This document shows positions 1 through 13,890 of a stretch of 64,000 nucleotides of DNA, piece by piece. The stretch comes from Heterodontus francisci. Lineage: Eukaryota. Both the position numbers and the translations under genes were made by a program. Numbering within the stretch: the stretch's first letter is position 1; each line of letters opens with the position of its first letter. The notes under the pieces were generated by a model. That model did not search any database. It saw only the letters and a list, made by a program, of their open reading frames with translations, and had not been told where the DNA came from. Location of the stretch: positions 9,584,009-9,648,008 of the forward strand of contig NC_090402.1 of NCBI RefSeq assembly GCF_036365525.1, in the 5' to 3' direction.

Positions 1-51
1 GCACAGTCGGGCAGTCGGGACGTGAAAGAGGAAGACAGGTTAAAATTTTGG

Positions 52-260
52 AATAAAAACAAGAAATGCTGGAAATACTCAGCAGGTTTGGCAGCATCTG
101 TGGAGAGAGAAGCAGAGTTCAGGGTCAGTGACCCCTCATCAGAACTGACCTGAAACGTTAACTCTGCTTCTCTCTCCACAGATGCTGCCAGACCTGCTGA
201 GTATTTCCAGCATTTCTTGTTTTGCTTTCAGATTTCTAGCATCTGCAGTATTTTGCTTTT
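52..260. mobile_element. Penelope-like element terminal repeat in palindromic arrangement
   Basis: 55-117 is the reverse complement of ~159-223. Same motif as the Penelope 3' end at 23735-23868. Confidence 0.75.
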
Positions 261-424
261 AAAATTTGTGAGTTTGGTCCTTCATTGTCAGTGGCCTAAA
301 GGAGTTATTGCAGAAACATTAACCTTTTGTTTCCCTTTTTTCAGCTCCTGACTAATCTGCTGGCTCTGCTAATGTCAGAGTTTAATCAACCCATGCTAAA
401 AAAAAACCAGCAAATCCTTCAACT

Positions 425-1030
425 CATTGTGAGCAACAAATCTTTGAAGGTGGCAGGATAAGTTGAGAAAGCTGTTTTACAAGCGTATGGAATCCTTCAC
501 ATTATTAATAGAGGAATAGAATACAAAAGCCAGGAAGCTACACTAAACCTTTATAAAACACAGGTTGGACTGCAGCCTCAACCCAAGGCCTTGGAGAGGG
601 TACAGAGATTTACTAAAGATGCAGGTCGTCAGTTATGTGGAGAAACTAGAGAAGTTGGGGTCGTTCTCCTTAGAACAGAAAAGGTTAGAGGGAGATTTAA
701 TAGAGGCATTCAAAATCATAAAGGGTTTTGATAGACCAATTAAGCAGAAGATGTTTCCATTGGGAGGAGGGCTGGTAAAGAGAACACAGATTTAATAAAT
801 ATTGACAAAAGAACCAGAGGTGACATGAGGAGCAAAAAATATATTACGCAGCAAGCTTTATGATCTGGGATTTACTGCCTGAAAGGGCAGTGGAAGCACA
901 TTCAATGGTAACTTTGCGGAGCTATGGGGAAAGAGCAGGGGAGTGTAGACCAATTGGATCGCTCTTTCAAAGAGCTGACATAGTCACGAAGGGCCAAAAG
1001 GCCTCCTTCTGTCCTGTATCGTTCTATGAT
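425..1030 (+). mobile_element. CR1 LINE 3' fragment
   Basis: Degenerate ORF2 C-terminus (LEQKRLEGDLIEAFKIIKGFDR) and CR1 3' tail. Confidence 0.85.
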
Positions 1031-4000
1031 TCCATAAGGATGGAAAGATCGAGTGCGTCAAAAGGTGCATGAAGGTTGAGGAAGGATAGTGTCGATGTTT
1101 GCTCTCACAAGAGCCCTTTGATGCAATGATATGAAAAGCAAAATGAGTTAATTTTGGTTAACCAATATTAAAACCATTAGTCATGATAAAACCCTAAAGG
1201 TAACCTTTCAGTAAACATTCTTGCAAGGAAACTGTTAAAGGCTTTACAGTTGTCTGGTATGTATAGACTAGACAAGGAGCAAAAAAGAAAAAACAAATCA
1301 ACATTTGCAAAGACACTCAGGGCGCAGCAAGTTCAAGGACAGAATATCTGCTGTGATTCATTAGACTGACTATGTTGGTTCAAATCTCTAGATGGTTTCA
1401 CAAACACACACAACTCAAACAGTCCTTCTTTATGTCAGCATCTGTGGAAAACCACTCCCATCCTTATTTCACCAGTATTTTGTTGGGCACCTCACATCGT
1501 ACATCAGTGAAGATGATCAGTGAATAAACAGTGAACTTTTTTTCTCTCTCTCCTTCAAATTCTTAGGTCAATTCAGTTGAGGTTTTAGATTGCCAAAGTT
1601 GCATCTTCAGTTAAGTGAAGGAGAGCAGTTTATTTGCCTGTTAGTCTGGTTTTAAACTGTTTGATTGCCTTGTTGCTTCATTCTCCATCTATGTTTGACC
1701 TTTTACAGTGCGGTGAATGCCACAAAGAATTCCAAAAAGATGTTTTATCCTTCTCATGTTCCCCCACGCCTCTTGTTTGGAGATTTTGAAAGGTGTGCAA
1801 TCAGGAATGAGCCTATTTATTTACCCAATGCCAGCCACAGTAACAGTTGATATCCATCATGGCCCACTGCCGCTTACAACATCATTTCCTGAAACATTAA
1901 ATCTGCCATAAATCTAACGACGATCACATTGACTGCTCTGTACCAAACTTACATTTTTTATTAGTTTTCCAAAGCACTGTTATTTCTGTACTAGTTAAAA
2001 ATAAACTTTATGGCTCTATCCATAAGCACTCCCCAAAATCCACAAGGCCTATTTTTCGCCGGTGGTGTCAGTTTTGCTTGACGATTGAAAGCATTGCTGA
2101 TCTCAATTCGAGCTATGGGATGAGTCCAGTTAGATACTGCCACTTGCTGAACACAGAACCCCTTTGTTCTGCGTCCTAATTTGGCTCCCGGTCTGGCAAT
2201 GCCTCAAATTTTAAATTCCCATCTTTGTGTTCAAATTCCTCCAGGGCTTCACCCGCATTGCTCCCCTGCCCTCTTCTCTGTAATCTCCTGCAGACCTACA
2301 ACCCTCCAACAACCTCTCTGGCCCTGGAAAATTAATTTTATATTTGTTTAATGTTCAATTTTTCCATTGACAAAAATTCCAGGTTTTTTAATATAATTTT
2401 TTTTTTTTAATTTATGACATTTCAACGTCTAATGTGTATGTCCCAATGATTTATTTCACTCTCTGTAAAAGCTGTAAAAAAAAAGATGAAGGACAATCAG
2501 TGCATTTTACTTCCTGGTTTGCTGTCTGTGAGAATACTTCAATATGGTTGGCTATTTACCCTGCTTGATGACATCACTGTTGCTGGACACCTGGAGATCC
2601 CCTTCACTTTGTGCAAGATTCAAACTAATGTCAGGAAAGGGAAAATCCACCATCATTTCGCCACTGACAGCAAAATCCAGGTCAATGATTAGTTAATGCC
2701 GTCGCTGAGTTTTAAAGTTAGATTGTAGCAGAAATTCCACCAAGTCTAACCCGTAACAGCAGAAAGTCCCATTCTGGGAAAAAGTCAAAAGAAAAGCAAT
2801 AATGGAATCAACTAAGAGCTAAATTGTTTCATCATTTCATCACTGTGCAATCTGTCCTCACGTTCTTTAGAAATAGCTGTTGAGAATTGATCATGTTGGT
2901 CAGCCTGATGTGGAACTGATCCTCTTCCATTCTTTTCAAAGGAGATTGTTTAATTTTATAATCCAGCTAAGCATTCCTTAAAAGCACTATGGGATAAGGT
3001 ACTGCATAATTATGGAGCTATTCAACCTATTATTTTGCAAATTACACAAGATTCACTTGAATCTAGGGTATCGTCTTTTGAAGTCACTAATCTTTCAGCT
3101 GGTGGAATTACAGATAAATATATAAGTAGAGTTGAGTGTTCTTGTAATGATTTTGTTATGTGATTATTAAATTGCTGTATTTTTCCTGCCGTTACTAGGT
3201 CTTAGCAGAGGTGAAGCCTGTTGCCAAGATTCAGAAAATGATGCTCAGAGTTGGCAACGAAGGAACACACAACAGCAATCCAAACATGACTGTACCATCC
3301 AAATTCGCTTGGGTTTTGGACACAAGTGCTAATCACAGTTTATGCAACCCTGTCACACCCAGATATTATTGCCACATCACTTACTCCAACATACTTCGAG
3401 CACAACTGCTTTATTATATGACATGTTAAAGAAAATAACAGTATTAATCCTCAATCCAGGAGAGTGATTAGCAGCAGCTGTCAGTGATGAATACAACATG
3501 CAAAATCATACCAAAAAAAACAACTTGCATTTATATAATGCCTTTCATGACCTCAGGAGGACCCAACGCATTTTACAGCCAATTAAGTACTATTTTTTTG
3601 GAAGGGTAGTCATTGTTGTAATTTGTGGCAGAAAATCTGCATGCAGAAAGATCTCACAGGATCAATCAAGCCCCTATGATTCAGAAAACTAGAGGTTACA
3701 GTTTGTACGGCTGAGAATTCTTGTCACAGGTAAGGACAGCCCTGATACACCTTGGCTGCAGGTATCCTTGCACCTGGTACCACAGCGCTGCATCTGACCA
3801 TCTGCTGATCCAAACCTTTTGTAGCCATCTCTGAATGGTCCCTGCCAGGCAGGTGCACCGCTGCATTTGAGTGCGAACAGAAGAATTGCAGCTAGTGAGC
3901 ACAGTCTGCCTCTTGTATGCCCTGATTGGCATCACTCCCTCTTTTTCCTTCAAGAAAGCATTCGGAAAGGGTGATTCTCAACATGAAACTGTCTAATAAT

Positions 4001-6072
4001 CAGGGACCTACCAAAACAAAAGGTCAGAACACCAAATAGAAAGCTAAGTGGAAACAGGAAAGAAGTATGAAAAGAAAAAAAATCACAAGAAATAGACCCA
4101 AAATAGCCTCTACAAAGCTCACTATGGTGCTCTTCAAATGCACTTCCATAAACAGTGGACCCCAGCAACCCTGTGTCCAGTCGGGTTGATAGAAGGCTGA
4201 GTCTTTTAGCAGCATATTCACTATCTAAAAATAAAAGCGAAGGATCCCTAGTCAAGCCTGATTTCAGGCAGATTATCCTTTTATTTGCCTGGGCTGGGCA
4301 GGTTGGAGTCAGGACTAATCTTCTGGTTCTAAGTTATAGCAATTATTGTCCCAGAGGCAGCTCACTGGGTGTTTGGCCACTAGATGTTAATCTCCCAGTT
4401 CTTGAAGTGAGAGCATAAACATGGTGAGAGAGTTTTTGCTCCACTGCTGAGTAACGGTAACTCCTCAACAAAACACAATGGTAAATCAAATTCATAGATA
4501 CGGAGATGCCAACAGCATATGGTAGCAGAAAATGAATTTATTGCTTGATTTCCCGCGAATACGAACCATACCAATGTAAAAATAATTTGCCTATCATTAA
4601 AATTTAATAGCTCTGGCAACAATAGGAAGGGAGAAACAGACATCCATTTGGGCTTGTTCTATAAACATCAAGACTTACTATAATAATAAGTCAGCATTAA
4701 CAAAAGAAAGTTACCCGTGACATCTCGCTGAAGTTTGGAGCACTGGTGCTGCTACCAAGAGGTTGGAAATCCATAAGTTAACCCCAATAGCAATGCCCCT
4801 TTTTGAGGTCACATGCAGTCCCATAAGACACAATGGGCCGAAGGGCCTGTTTCTGTGCTGAATAACTCTATGACTCTATGACAAGCATCAATTTATCACT
4901 GGCCCTTTCAACAGAAGACACAGTTTCCATCAGTTTTCATTAAACACAGAAGAAAAGCACCACACATTGTCCCACTGTTGCTATCTGCTGTCATATATTT
5001 AATACAACAGCATTTTTTTCCTTAAGTTTAGATTGTGGGTTCAACAACAATGTAAAACAAACCATCAGTAGCTTTTTGTCCCACAGGATCACAGGTGATG
5101 GATAAGCCATTTGGCCCATTGTAACTCATCCTTCCAGAAAAAAAAGGTTACATTCCCCCCATCACATCACATCTTTTGAATGTGTTTAAGGTTTTTGACG
5201 CCATGATTCTCCAAGTTAATCATTCTACGTGAAGAAGTTCTTCCTGATATCTGGCATGAATTGTCTTTTCACTAGTTTTAACCTATTCCCCTCATTCTCC
5301 ACGTGAAACAGTGCTCAAGATTTACCTTATCTTTGACAATCAGAACTGAACAGTGTTTAAGTTGAGGTCCGATAAAGAGAGATTTTAGCATGCTTTCTAT
5401 TCAACTGAATTTAACTTAGCTTTCTGCTCATTCTGTATATTGACATTCCCCAGAGATTTGACATGGTGAGTGTTAAACCCAACATTGACTGCCCCTTTCC
5501 CTAATCAAGTCCCTAATTTTGCCTTTAGCCACTTCAACACTATCCACAGTATATCTGTGACACCCATTTTTCCTTCCAATGTGTCATACTTTGCACTCTA
5601 ATTGAATTTCACTCGTCACCGACTCGTCCATTTCCAGACTTAATCTAACTCCATTTTCCTGGGCTGCCTCCCTAATTTAACCATTCTTCTCTTGCACCAC
5701 GGTCTCCAGCCTCCCCATTTGCAAATTGGCCAATTTTCATTGAGTTTCATAATGCAAGTCACTTTTGTAGATTGTGAACACTAAGGACCCAAGTTCAGTA
5801 ACAGACTTTCACAAGGATCTTTCATAGGCAAGGCTTTTTGGACCTCTGAGCACACCACATCATTTGGTACGAGTGTGGTCTAACCAAGATTCAATATACT
5901 CAAACATACCAGCCCAGTGAATAGGGACCATTTAAGGTCTGCAATACACAGAAATTGCTAAGCAATAAAAGTCCATCTAGTTTTGTCTTCTAGCATGCTA
6001 GTAATCACATGATTGCTAAGTAATCACAGCAACCAATCTCAATCAATTACTTTATAATGGAGCGAGACATCA

Positions 6073-6903
6073 GGAGCTGGATTGGCGGCGAGCTCAAAAA
6101 ATCGGGCCGCACTCAAAGAGCCATGACGATCTTAAGCGCAGCTGCTCATATAAATAGCCGGGGAGGCCCGTCACCCCAATCACATGGAGGGAGCAGGCTG
6201 TCCGTCCCCAGCAATGACATCAGCTGCCTATGTGCAGGTGCTGGCACCACTTTTCAAAGGGCAGCCCTGCTGGGATATTCAAAATTTTAAAGACATATCC
6301 CCCCAGAATTATATAAATAAAGTTCCAACACCCCTTTCCCACCCCACCCCCCCAATAACAATTACATGAACTATTTTCCCTTCCCTCCCCAAAACACTTA
6401 CCATTAACATCTGACCTTACCCCCAAACTGCACAAAGTTTAAAGCACAACCCTTCCCACCAACCCCTACACCCATGACATTTATTTGAGCCCTTTTCCCC
6501 GCCCCCCCCCCCCCCTCCACTGCACTGATAAATTTACCACCTCACCCCTCCCCACCAGTGTCGTGCTTCGTTTCCCCGGATGAGGATTTGAAGGTGCTGC
6601 TGTGCCAGCCGCCGCACCGAAGATCGCGGGTCAGTATATTTAAACTAATTAATTTTATTGATTTAAATATTCAAATTGTGGTCCTGTCGCCCAGTGGCCG
6701 GGGTTGTGTGGGGGGGGGGTGGTGGGGTGGGGTGGGGGGGGGGTGGTTGTGGGAGGGTGCCGCCTTGGAGCCTCGCCGCCAACGGGAGGATCGGGCCGGG
6801 CCCTGCCAGTGTCGAGGTCTGTGGTGGGCCTCATCCGGAGCCACCTTCAGGCCCCACCCCACGGCACGGTTCACGACATCGAGAGCTGCTTAAAATCCAG
6901 CCC
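6073..6903. mobile_element. Non-autonomous DNA transposon (Harbinger/MITE-like)
   Basis: Imperfect terminal inverted repeats ggagctggatt / aaatccagccc around a GC-rich body. Confidence 0.55.
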
Positions 6904-8599
6904 AAGGCGAGGAAACCCCTCTGTGGTGAAGAGCTGTGGGAACCATAGGTCCAAAGTCACCTGTTCCTCCCAAGTCACATGACACTCAGCATGTCTCAAA
7001 TTACCATATACTGCAACATAAAAGATTTCTCTCAGAAAATAATATATCTAATTTGCATTTTGGATGAGTCAATACTAACAGCTTCCACCATCTCCCTCGG
7101 GAACCTGTTCCATAGATTGACCACTCGCTCACTGAAATAATGTTCCTTGGCCATTACTGGTCAGCAGTGTAAGGATAAACATCAGATGATAATTGCAATT
7201 GAATTTGACACCGCAGTCTTAAATGCGGCAATGTGTGACAGTAAAATTGACTTTTGCAGTTTGATACGTGATGCATGGATACAGATTCATGCACAATAAT
7301 CCAATAGCAGACATCCGATCTGTTGGCACACGTTGTGTACCTACTCGGGAACAATAGTTTGAAACCTGCAGCATGCCAAGGGCAATTACCCCACCTCAGT
7401 GCAGCCAGCCAGTGCAAAGGAGCTGGAAAGGGCTGGCACAAACTGTGTGCAAGGCTAATGAAGACCCCCCCTCCCCGCAGAAAATGCAAATTAAAGGGCA
7501 TCCTCATAATGTAACTAGAGCACTGAAGCTGCACGCCAACCCCATGATGCCCATTTGGAATGGGCACTGGAAAGGAATCCTCAGTCTGGTGGGCCCAACC
7601 CCATCATTCTCGACCCCTCTGCCCACGCACCTCGCCCCACATCAGAAAATCCTGCTTGCACATTATGACCATCCAGCAGCCTTGACTGCCTTCTGTCTCC
7701 CAAAATCCCAGTCCCCGTCTCTACTTGGTGCTCCCGGCAAGTCATGAGTGAGGCACCAGGAGTGATAGGGTAATATTCCAATGAATCTCCCATTAATTGG
7801 CGGGATCAGTTCATTTCTGCTCAGAAGTATGCACCAGAGCCAGCACCGGTAGCACCACTTATGAAGCTCACTATCAGCTGAATATCAGTCTTGTCTATGT
7901 AGCTCATATGTTCTCCAGAAGAGCACAATTTGTCACTTCTTTTGCTGCTTGTCTGACTGACTCAAAGTCCAGGATCTTCATGTGAAGTGTACTTTATTCT
8001 GATAGAATTAAAGGAATACTGCTGTAAACCACCCACAGATGTATGAGTTGAAAAGCTGGCTCATTGCTCTCAGAGTGGGAGGTTTGGCAATGGATATATA
8101 TTTTCTCTTATAGTAACTGACAGTATCTCTTTCAGTTTCTCCTACCTAGGTTGTTAATTCAAAGCTACCGCAGATCAATGCCACACAAAATCTCTTCTAA
8201 AGCCCTAGTGTTGGGAGGAACTTCTACCCTGCAAGCAAGAGGGGGGAAAAAATCTGCTGTTTGTAAACAAATACTCTATTTTAGAGCTTGGATAAACTAG
8301 AGCAAAATCAAATGTGGCCAAGTGGCACAGGGCAACGGAGGAGCAAGACATGATGGGCTGATAATCTTAACTTGGTTTCCTGAGGGAGGGAAGGAAGGGG
8401 TACACCAAGTAGGGCTGGAGACTGGGATATCAGGAGGCAGCAGCCAGTCAAAGGCTGTTGGGTGCTCATAACGTACAGGTAGATTTTCTGATGCGCGGTG
8501 GGCTACGTGGGCAAAGGGGGTGAGGATGATGGGGACAGGACTCTCAGACTGGGGCTTCCTTTACAGCGCCCATTCCAAATGGGCATTGCAGGGTTGGAT

Positions 8600-8915
8600 T
8601 GCCTGCTTTTTTTTCCATAGCCCTGCAAATTTTTCCTCTTCAAGTTTTTACTCAATTCCCTTTTCCAAGTTATTATTGAATCTGCTTCCACTACACATTC
8701 AGGCAGTGCATTCCCAACCATAACAGCTGCATAAACAAATCCTCATGTCGCCTTTGGTTCTTTTGCCAATTATCTTAAATCCGTGCCCTCTATTTACTGA
8801 CCTTTCTGCCACTGGAGACAGTTTCTCCATAACTACTCTATCACAAACCTCTCGTAATTTTGAACACCTCTATCAAATCTCCTCTTAACCTTCTCCGCTC
8901 GATGGAGAAAAACCC
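8600..8915 (-). mobile_element. CR1 LINE 3' fragment
   Basis: NALPECVVEADSI...KRELSK-type CR1 C-terminal relic. Confidence 0.75.
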
Positions 8916-9451
8916 CAAATCAATCAAATGTTGAATATAAGATTGTTCAAAATTACCTAGAATGCACCACTTTTAAACATAAAGGTTCCATATTTTCCTG
9001 AGAAACATGGCCCCAGATATAAACCAACAATCGGCAGTCAGAGATGTGGGAACAGTGCCTGAGCACAATTTAAATTTGCTGCCTACAATTTTGCCTATTA
9101 TGGCCAATTCCTTATGTGCTATCGGGCGTTTCTTTCCTTCAGTAATTAAGTTATTTTTTACTATTGGGAGAAAAAACTTATAAAATGTGAGAACTAATTA
9201 ATTGGCAAATGCAAATATAAATTACAGTGAAATCGAGCGAATGTCCCTTCGTTTATACGCTACGAGAAAATGGATGACAGTGCCAGCTCCAACACATTGG
9301 AAAATGCATTAAATGAAGTGTCAAAAGTCCAAATCTCTGGTGGGGTGTATGTCCTCAGACTGTTACCCACTTAGAAAATAAATCTTGGGCTTTCAAGACC
9401 TGACTCTTTGTTTTTTTCCTCCAATACAAGGAAAGGAATTTTGAAGGAAGT

Positions 9452-9880
9452 GTCAGCCTTGGCTCAGTTGCTAGCAGTCTCGCCTCTTAGTCAGAAGGTT
9501 TTGTGTGAAGTCCCACTCCAGAGACTTCAGCACATAATCCTGGCTGCCACTGAAGTGCAGCAGTGAGTGAGTGCTGCACCATCAGAGATGTCATCCCTCG
9601 GATGAGTTCTTAAACCCAGGCATGGTCTGCTTTCTCAGGTGGGTCCCACGACACTATTCCGAGAAGAGCAGGGGAGTTCTCCCTGGGTGTCCTGGCCAAT
9701 ATATGCCCCTCAAACAGCATCACTAAAACAGATTATCAGGATCATTGTATTTCCTTTTGTGGAATCTTGCTGTGCAGAAAGTAGCTGCGGTCCTCCCCTA
9801 CATGACAACAGCGACTACAGGTGAAAAGTACTTCATTTGGCTGTGAAGCGATTTGGGACATCTTGAGGTTGTAAAAAGAC
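9452..9880 (+). mobile_element. DeuSINE/SacSINE1-type tRNA SINE
   Basis: A box tggctcagttg, core gaagagcaggggagttctccc...gtgtcctggccaat, L2-like tail. Confidence 0.8.
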
Positions 9881-10736
9881 ATTCCTTTCTTGAGTTTACC
9901 TGAAACTTAAGTTATGAGAAAATGTTCCACTAAAATTTCTGTGCAATGATTGTTTTATGTCAGCTTTTCTAGGAACCGTGTCGGCTTTTATGAAGTGTTG
10001 GGCAGCCCTGGCAGATTTTCGAGGTTGGCACGTATTGTTATATGCACTTTCCATTGCCTTCAATTATCTTACCAGGGGTACGACCAGTTCTGATAAGAAC
10101 CAAATCACGCAATGGTTCAAAATGTGTGACCAATTTAAGAAACTTGTATGACGTTTACTTGAACTATCTTAAGTAGCATTGCAAATGTGGGGAACATTTC
10201 AGTTATCTGGAGTTTGGTTAAACACAAAGTAAGTGAGATTGATTGAAGCAAAGAGGCCACAAAGACCCAAACTCGAATCAATCACCAACTAAAATGTCTG
10301 TGAAATTTTAGACACATTAATGATCAGTAATAAACAAAAGTTCACTGTTGAAAATGTAATAGTTTAGATATTGCTTTTCAAATAGTTATGGAAAAATCAC
10401 TCAATGTAAACAAAGCTAATTCTATAAACTACTTGATTTCAAACTGTGTAGCCATTTACTCAGAGTGAACTTACAGTTCAGGACACGTGAACACTCTACC
10501 AAAAGAGAATCTCAAAGAAGACTGAGCAAGCCACAATAATAAAAAAAAGTATTTGGAGAAAGGATACACAAAGACAGGCAGCAAATATAAATAGGCTGCC
10601 AGATGCCTCTAGTTTTACATCATGTGGTAAGGACAGGGTAGGGAGGAAAACAGATGAAAGCAAAACTGAGAAGAGGCCAGCAAACAAACCTAATGGAGTC
10701 AGGTAATGAAAGAAGCTGGCAAGTGTGTTCTAAAAA

Positions 10737-11165
10737 GACTTACATTTATATAACGCCATTCACAACCTCAGGACATCCCAAAGCACTTTAGAGCCGATGA
10801 AGTACTTTTGAAGTGTAGTCACTGTTATACTGTAGGAAATGTAGCAAAGAATCTGCACACAGCAAGCTCCCACAAAGGGCAATGTGATAATGACCAGATA
10901 ATTTGTTTGTAGGGATGTTGATTGAGCAAGAAATATTGGCCCGGACACCGAGGAGAACTCCCCGGCTCTTCTACAGAATAGTGCCTTGCGATCTTTTCGT
11001 ACACCTGAAAGGGCACACATGACCTCAGTTTAATGTCTCATCTGAAAGACGGCAGCTCCGACAGTGCAGCACTCCCTCTGCGTTGCACTGAAGTGTCCGC
11101 CTTCATTTTTGTGCTCAAGTTCTGGAGTGGGAACTTGACCCACAATGTTCTGACTCAGAGACAAG
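10737..11165 (-). mobile_element. DeuSINE/SacSINE1-type SINE
   Basis: Reverse complement of the same family. Confidence 0.8.
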
Positions 11166-11654
11166 GGGAGGAAGATAAACATTGTACATTCAATTGACAT
11201 CAGTTGTCTACATTTCATGGATTTAAGCTGCTTTCTCAGAAGACCATTAAGTTAATTGGCAACTGTACATGAGTGCTCCAACATAGTGTCGCCGGACAAA
11301 TATCACTGACGACCCACATCAACACCATTTTAGACACGCTCACACAATACAGGTAAATGTACATCACTTGTGTATACTTAATAAACATCGGCCATCATTC
11401 ATTAACCAAGGAAGTGAAGCACTCACAACAATCAAACACTTGCAGATTCAGTTTTCCACCCTACCATTTTACCAACAAACGTTCAAAAAGGTTAAAGTTC
11501 ACATGGATACACTATGCAAATATGAGTATGGAGATCAAGGGCCCATTCATTTTTATTTACTAATCAGAAATGCAATTAGCCACATCTGGATTCCCAATTA
11601 GCAACATGTGTTTAATGGCTAAAGTATTGGACAATATTGGTATAACACTCTTCA

Positions 11655-12280
11655 CTAGAAAGAGGCCATTCGGCCCGTTGGACCTACACTGGCTCTTTCA
11701 AAGAGCAATCCAGTTACCTCCACTCCCCGGCTCTTTCCCCATATCCCTGCAATTTTTTCTCCTTCAAGTATTTATCCAATTCCTTTTTGAAGGCTACTAT
11801 TGAATCTGTATCCATCGGCCTATCAGGCAGTGCATTCCAAATCTCTTTGTGTAAAAAAGATTTTCCTCCTGTCACCTGTGGTTCTTTTGCCAGTCACCTC
11901 AACCTCTTGTAAGATGTTGGTGGCTCAGAAAAGTTGCTAACGTGCGAAGTCATATGATCAAAGGACACCTAAACACACACATAAAAAAGAGAGTCACTCA
12001 GAACAGAAGATAGATTATTCAAAGCCAAGCTTGGATTTGACTATATCCAGTAGGGAATTCAGGAGAAACTTTTTAACCCGGACAGTGGTGAGAAAATGGA
12101 ACTCAGCGCCACAGGGAATAGCGGAGGTGAATAGTATAGATGCCTTTAAGGGAAAGTTAGATAAGGGAGAAAAGAATAGAAGTTATGTTGGTGACATTAG
12201 GTGAAGGTGGCTGGGAGGAGGTTCGTGTGGAGCATAAATGCTGGCATGAAGCTGTTGGGCAGAATGGCCTGTTTCTGCAC
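11655..12280. mobile_element. Two CR1 3' fragments (minus 11655-11900, plus 12050-12280)
   Basis: CR1 3' ORF/UTR motifs. Confidence 0.7.
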
Positions 12281-12774
12281 TATATAAATACCGTGTAATA
12301 CGAATCACAACTCTCGGATTTACCGCAACAGAAAAATCTAAAATACGTTTCAGCAATTACAGTTACAACTGTGCTACAAATAATGTACAAAGTAAATCTC
12401 CTCCCCCACCCCCTCCCATTGATTCTTTGTAGCCCTGAGGACCCTGGTTCCCCACCAAAGATTCTCAAACCGGCACGAAAACACACGCATACAACTGAAC
12501 TAGCCTCCAAACATGGTATCAAAGTAGACTTTGTACCAGCCAGAACGGTATTAATTCGTGATTTAAAGCTAACAATGGCAGACTCTATTCATGCTACTTG
12601 AAAGCCACTTGAACAATTGTTTTTGAAAATGATAATACATATTTGTGGATATTATCACAGTTGAGTCAGAGCTTTACATACTATGTTTGTGGCTGTTTCT
12701 ACGGCGATGCAACCATGCTAGCTTCGCTCTCTTGGTCCAAAGTGTCACAGTAACACATTCCTACCTTTTTAAAT

Positions 12775-13090
12775 TAATTCATTCTCAGAATGTGGGCTTC
12801 GCTGGCGAATTCAACCGAGCAGCTTGCTAGGCTACTTCAGAGGGCAGTTAATAATCAACCAGGTTAGTGCAAGTTTGGAATCTCATATAGGTCCAGACCG
12901 GGTAGGAACAGCAGGCTTCCTTCCTTATAGGGACATTCATCAATCAGTTGGGTTTTTAACAACAATCTGACAGTTTCATGATCACGTTTACTATTTCCAG
13001 ATTTTTAAATAATAAGTTCAATTTTCCGAACTGTTTTTGTGGGATTTGAACTCATGTTCTCCGTATTACTAGTCCTGTAACATAACCGCT
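12775..13090 (-). mobile_element. tRNA-headed SINE-like element (family of 25550, 40705, 44572, 59690)
   Basis: Degenerate copy of the agggaaggaaatctgccgtccttacc body with head. Confidence 0.65.
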
Positions 13091-13579
13091 ACATTACATG
13101 TTATTCTATATTAATATCATATGTGATGATTTCACAAGCATTAAATATTTTCCCATATTTTATTGAGTTAAAATCACATCTAACATTTTAAGAAGGAAAC
13201 TTTTTCCCTTTGGAAATTTGTTGAAAATATAATGCCCATCCCTTTAAGGTGAAAATCAAACACTCTCTCACTTGCTGGTAATGGTAAAAGACTGAGGGAG
13301 GGGGGATCAGGTGCTGGAAAGCCCAGAGAACTACATGTTGAAGAGTGCGGATAACAGATTTGGGAGCTGACCTCCGTCCTGGTAACAGGATTCTCCCTCA
13401 CAAAAGAGTGCCTTGGGGTCCAACACTAAAAGACAAATAGCTGGGATCTCGATGGCAGTTCCTTTCCACAGAATACCACATGAATACTTTCTAAAGTAAC
13501 AGCAGTGTTGTCACATGATTCTACCCTGGCCCAACTTTCTCAAGCAGTAGCTCTGCAGCAAGCTGCTCATCGATATGCA

Positions 13580-13890
13580 CAACAACAACTCACATTTATA
13601 GAGCACCTTTAATGTAATACAACATCCCAAGGCCGTTCACAGGAGTGATTATCAAACAGAATTAGACACCAAGCCACATAAGGACAAGTGACCAAAAGCT
13701 TGGTCAAAGTGGTAGGTTTGAAAGACTGTCTTAAAGCAGAAGCGAGAGAGATTTAGGAAGGAATTCCAGAACTTAGGGCCGAGGCAGCTGAAGGCACGAA
13801 TGCCAATGGTGGAGCGATGAAAGTTGAGGCCAGAATTGGAGGAGTGTACAGATCTTGGGGGGGTTGTAGGGCTGGAGGGGTTACAGTGAT
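13580..13890 (-). mobile_element. L2 LINE 3' fragment
   Basis: Tail acaacaac...atttatatagcacctttaa and ggtgaccaaaagcttggtcaaag. Confidence 0.75.

Noticed and set aside
7530-8600. Inverted pair 7530-7655 / 8482-8597
   Set aside because: Diverged copies that look like ends of a dispersed non-autonomous element rather than a specific structure.
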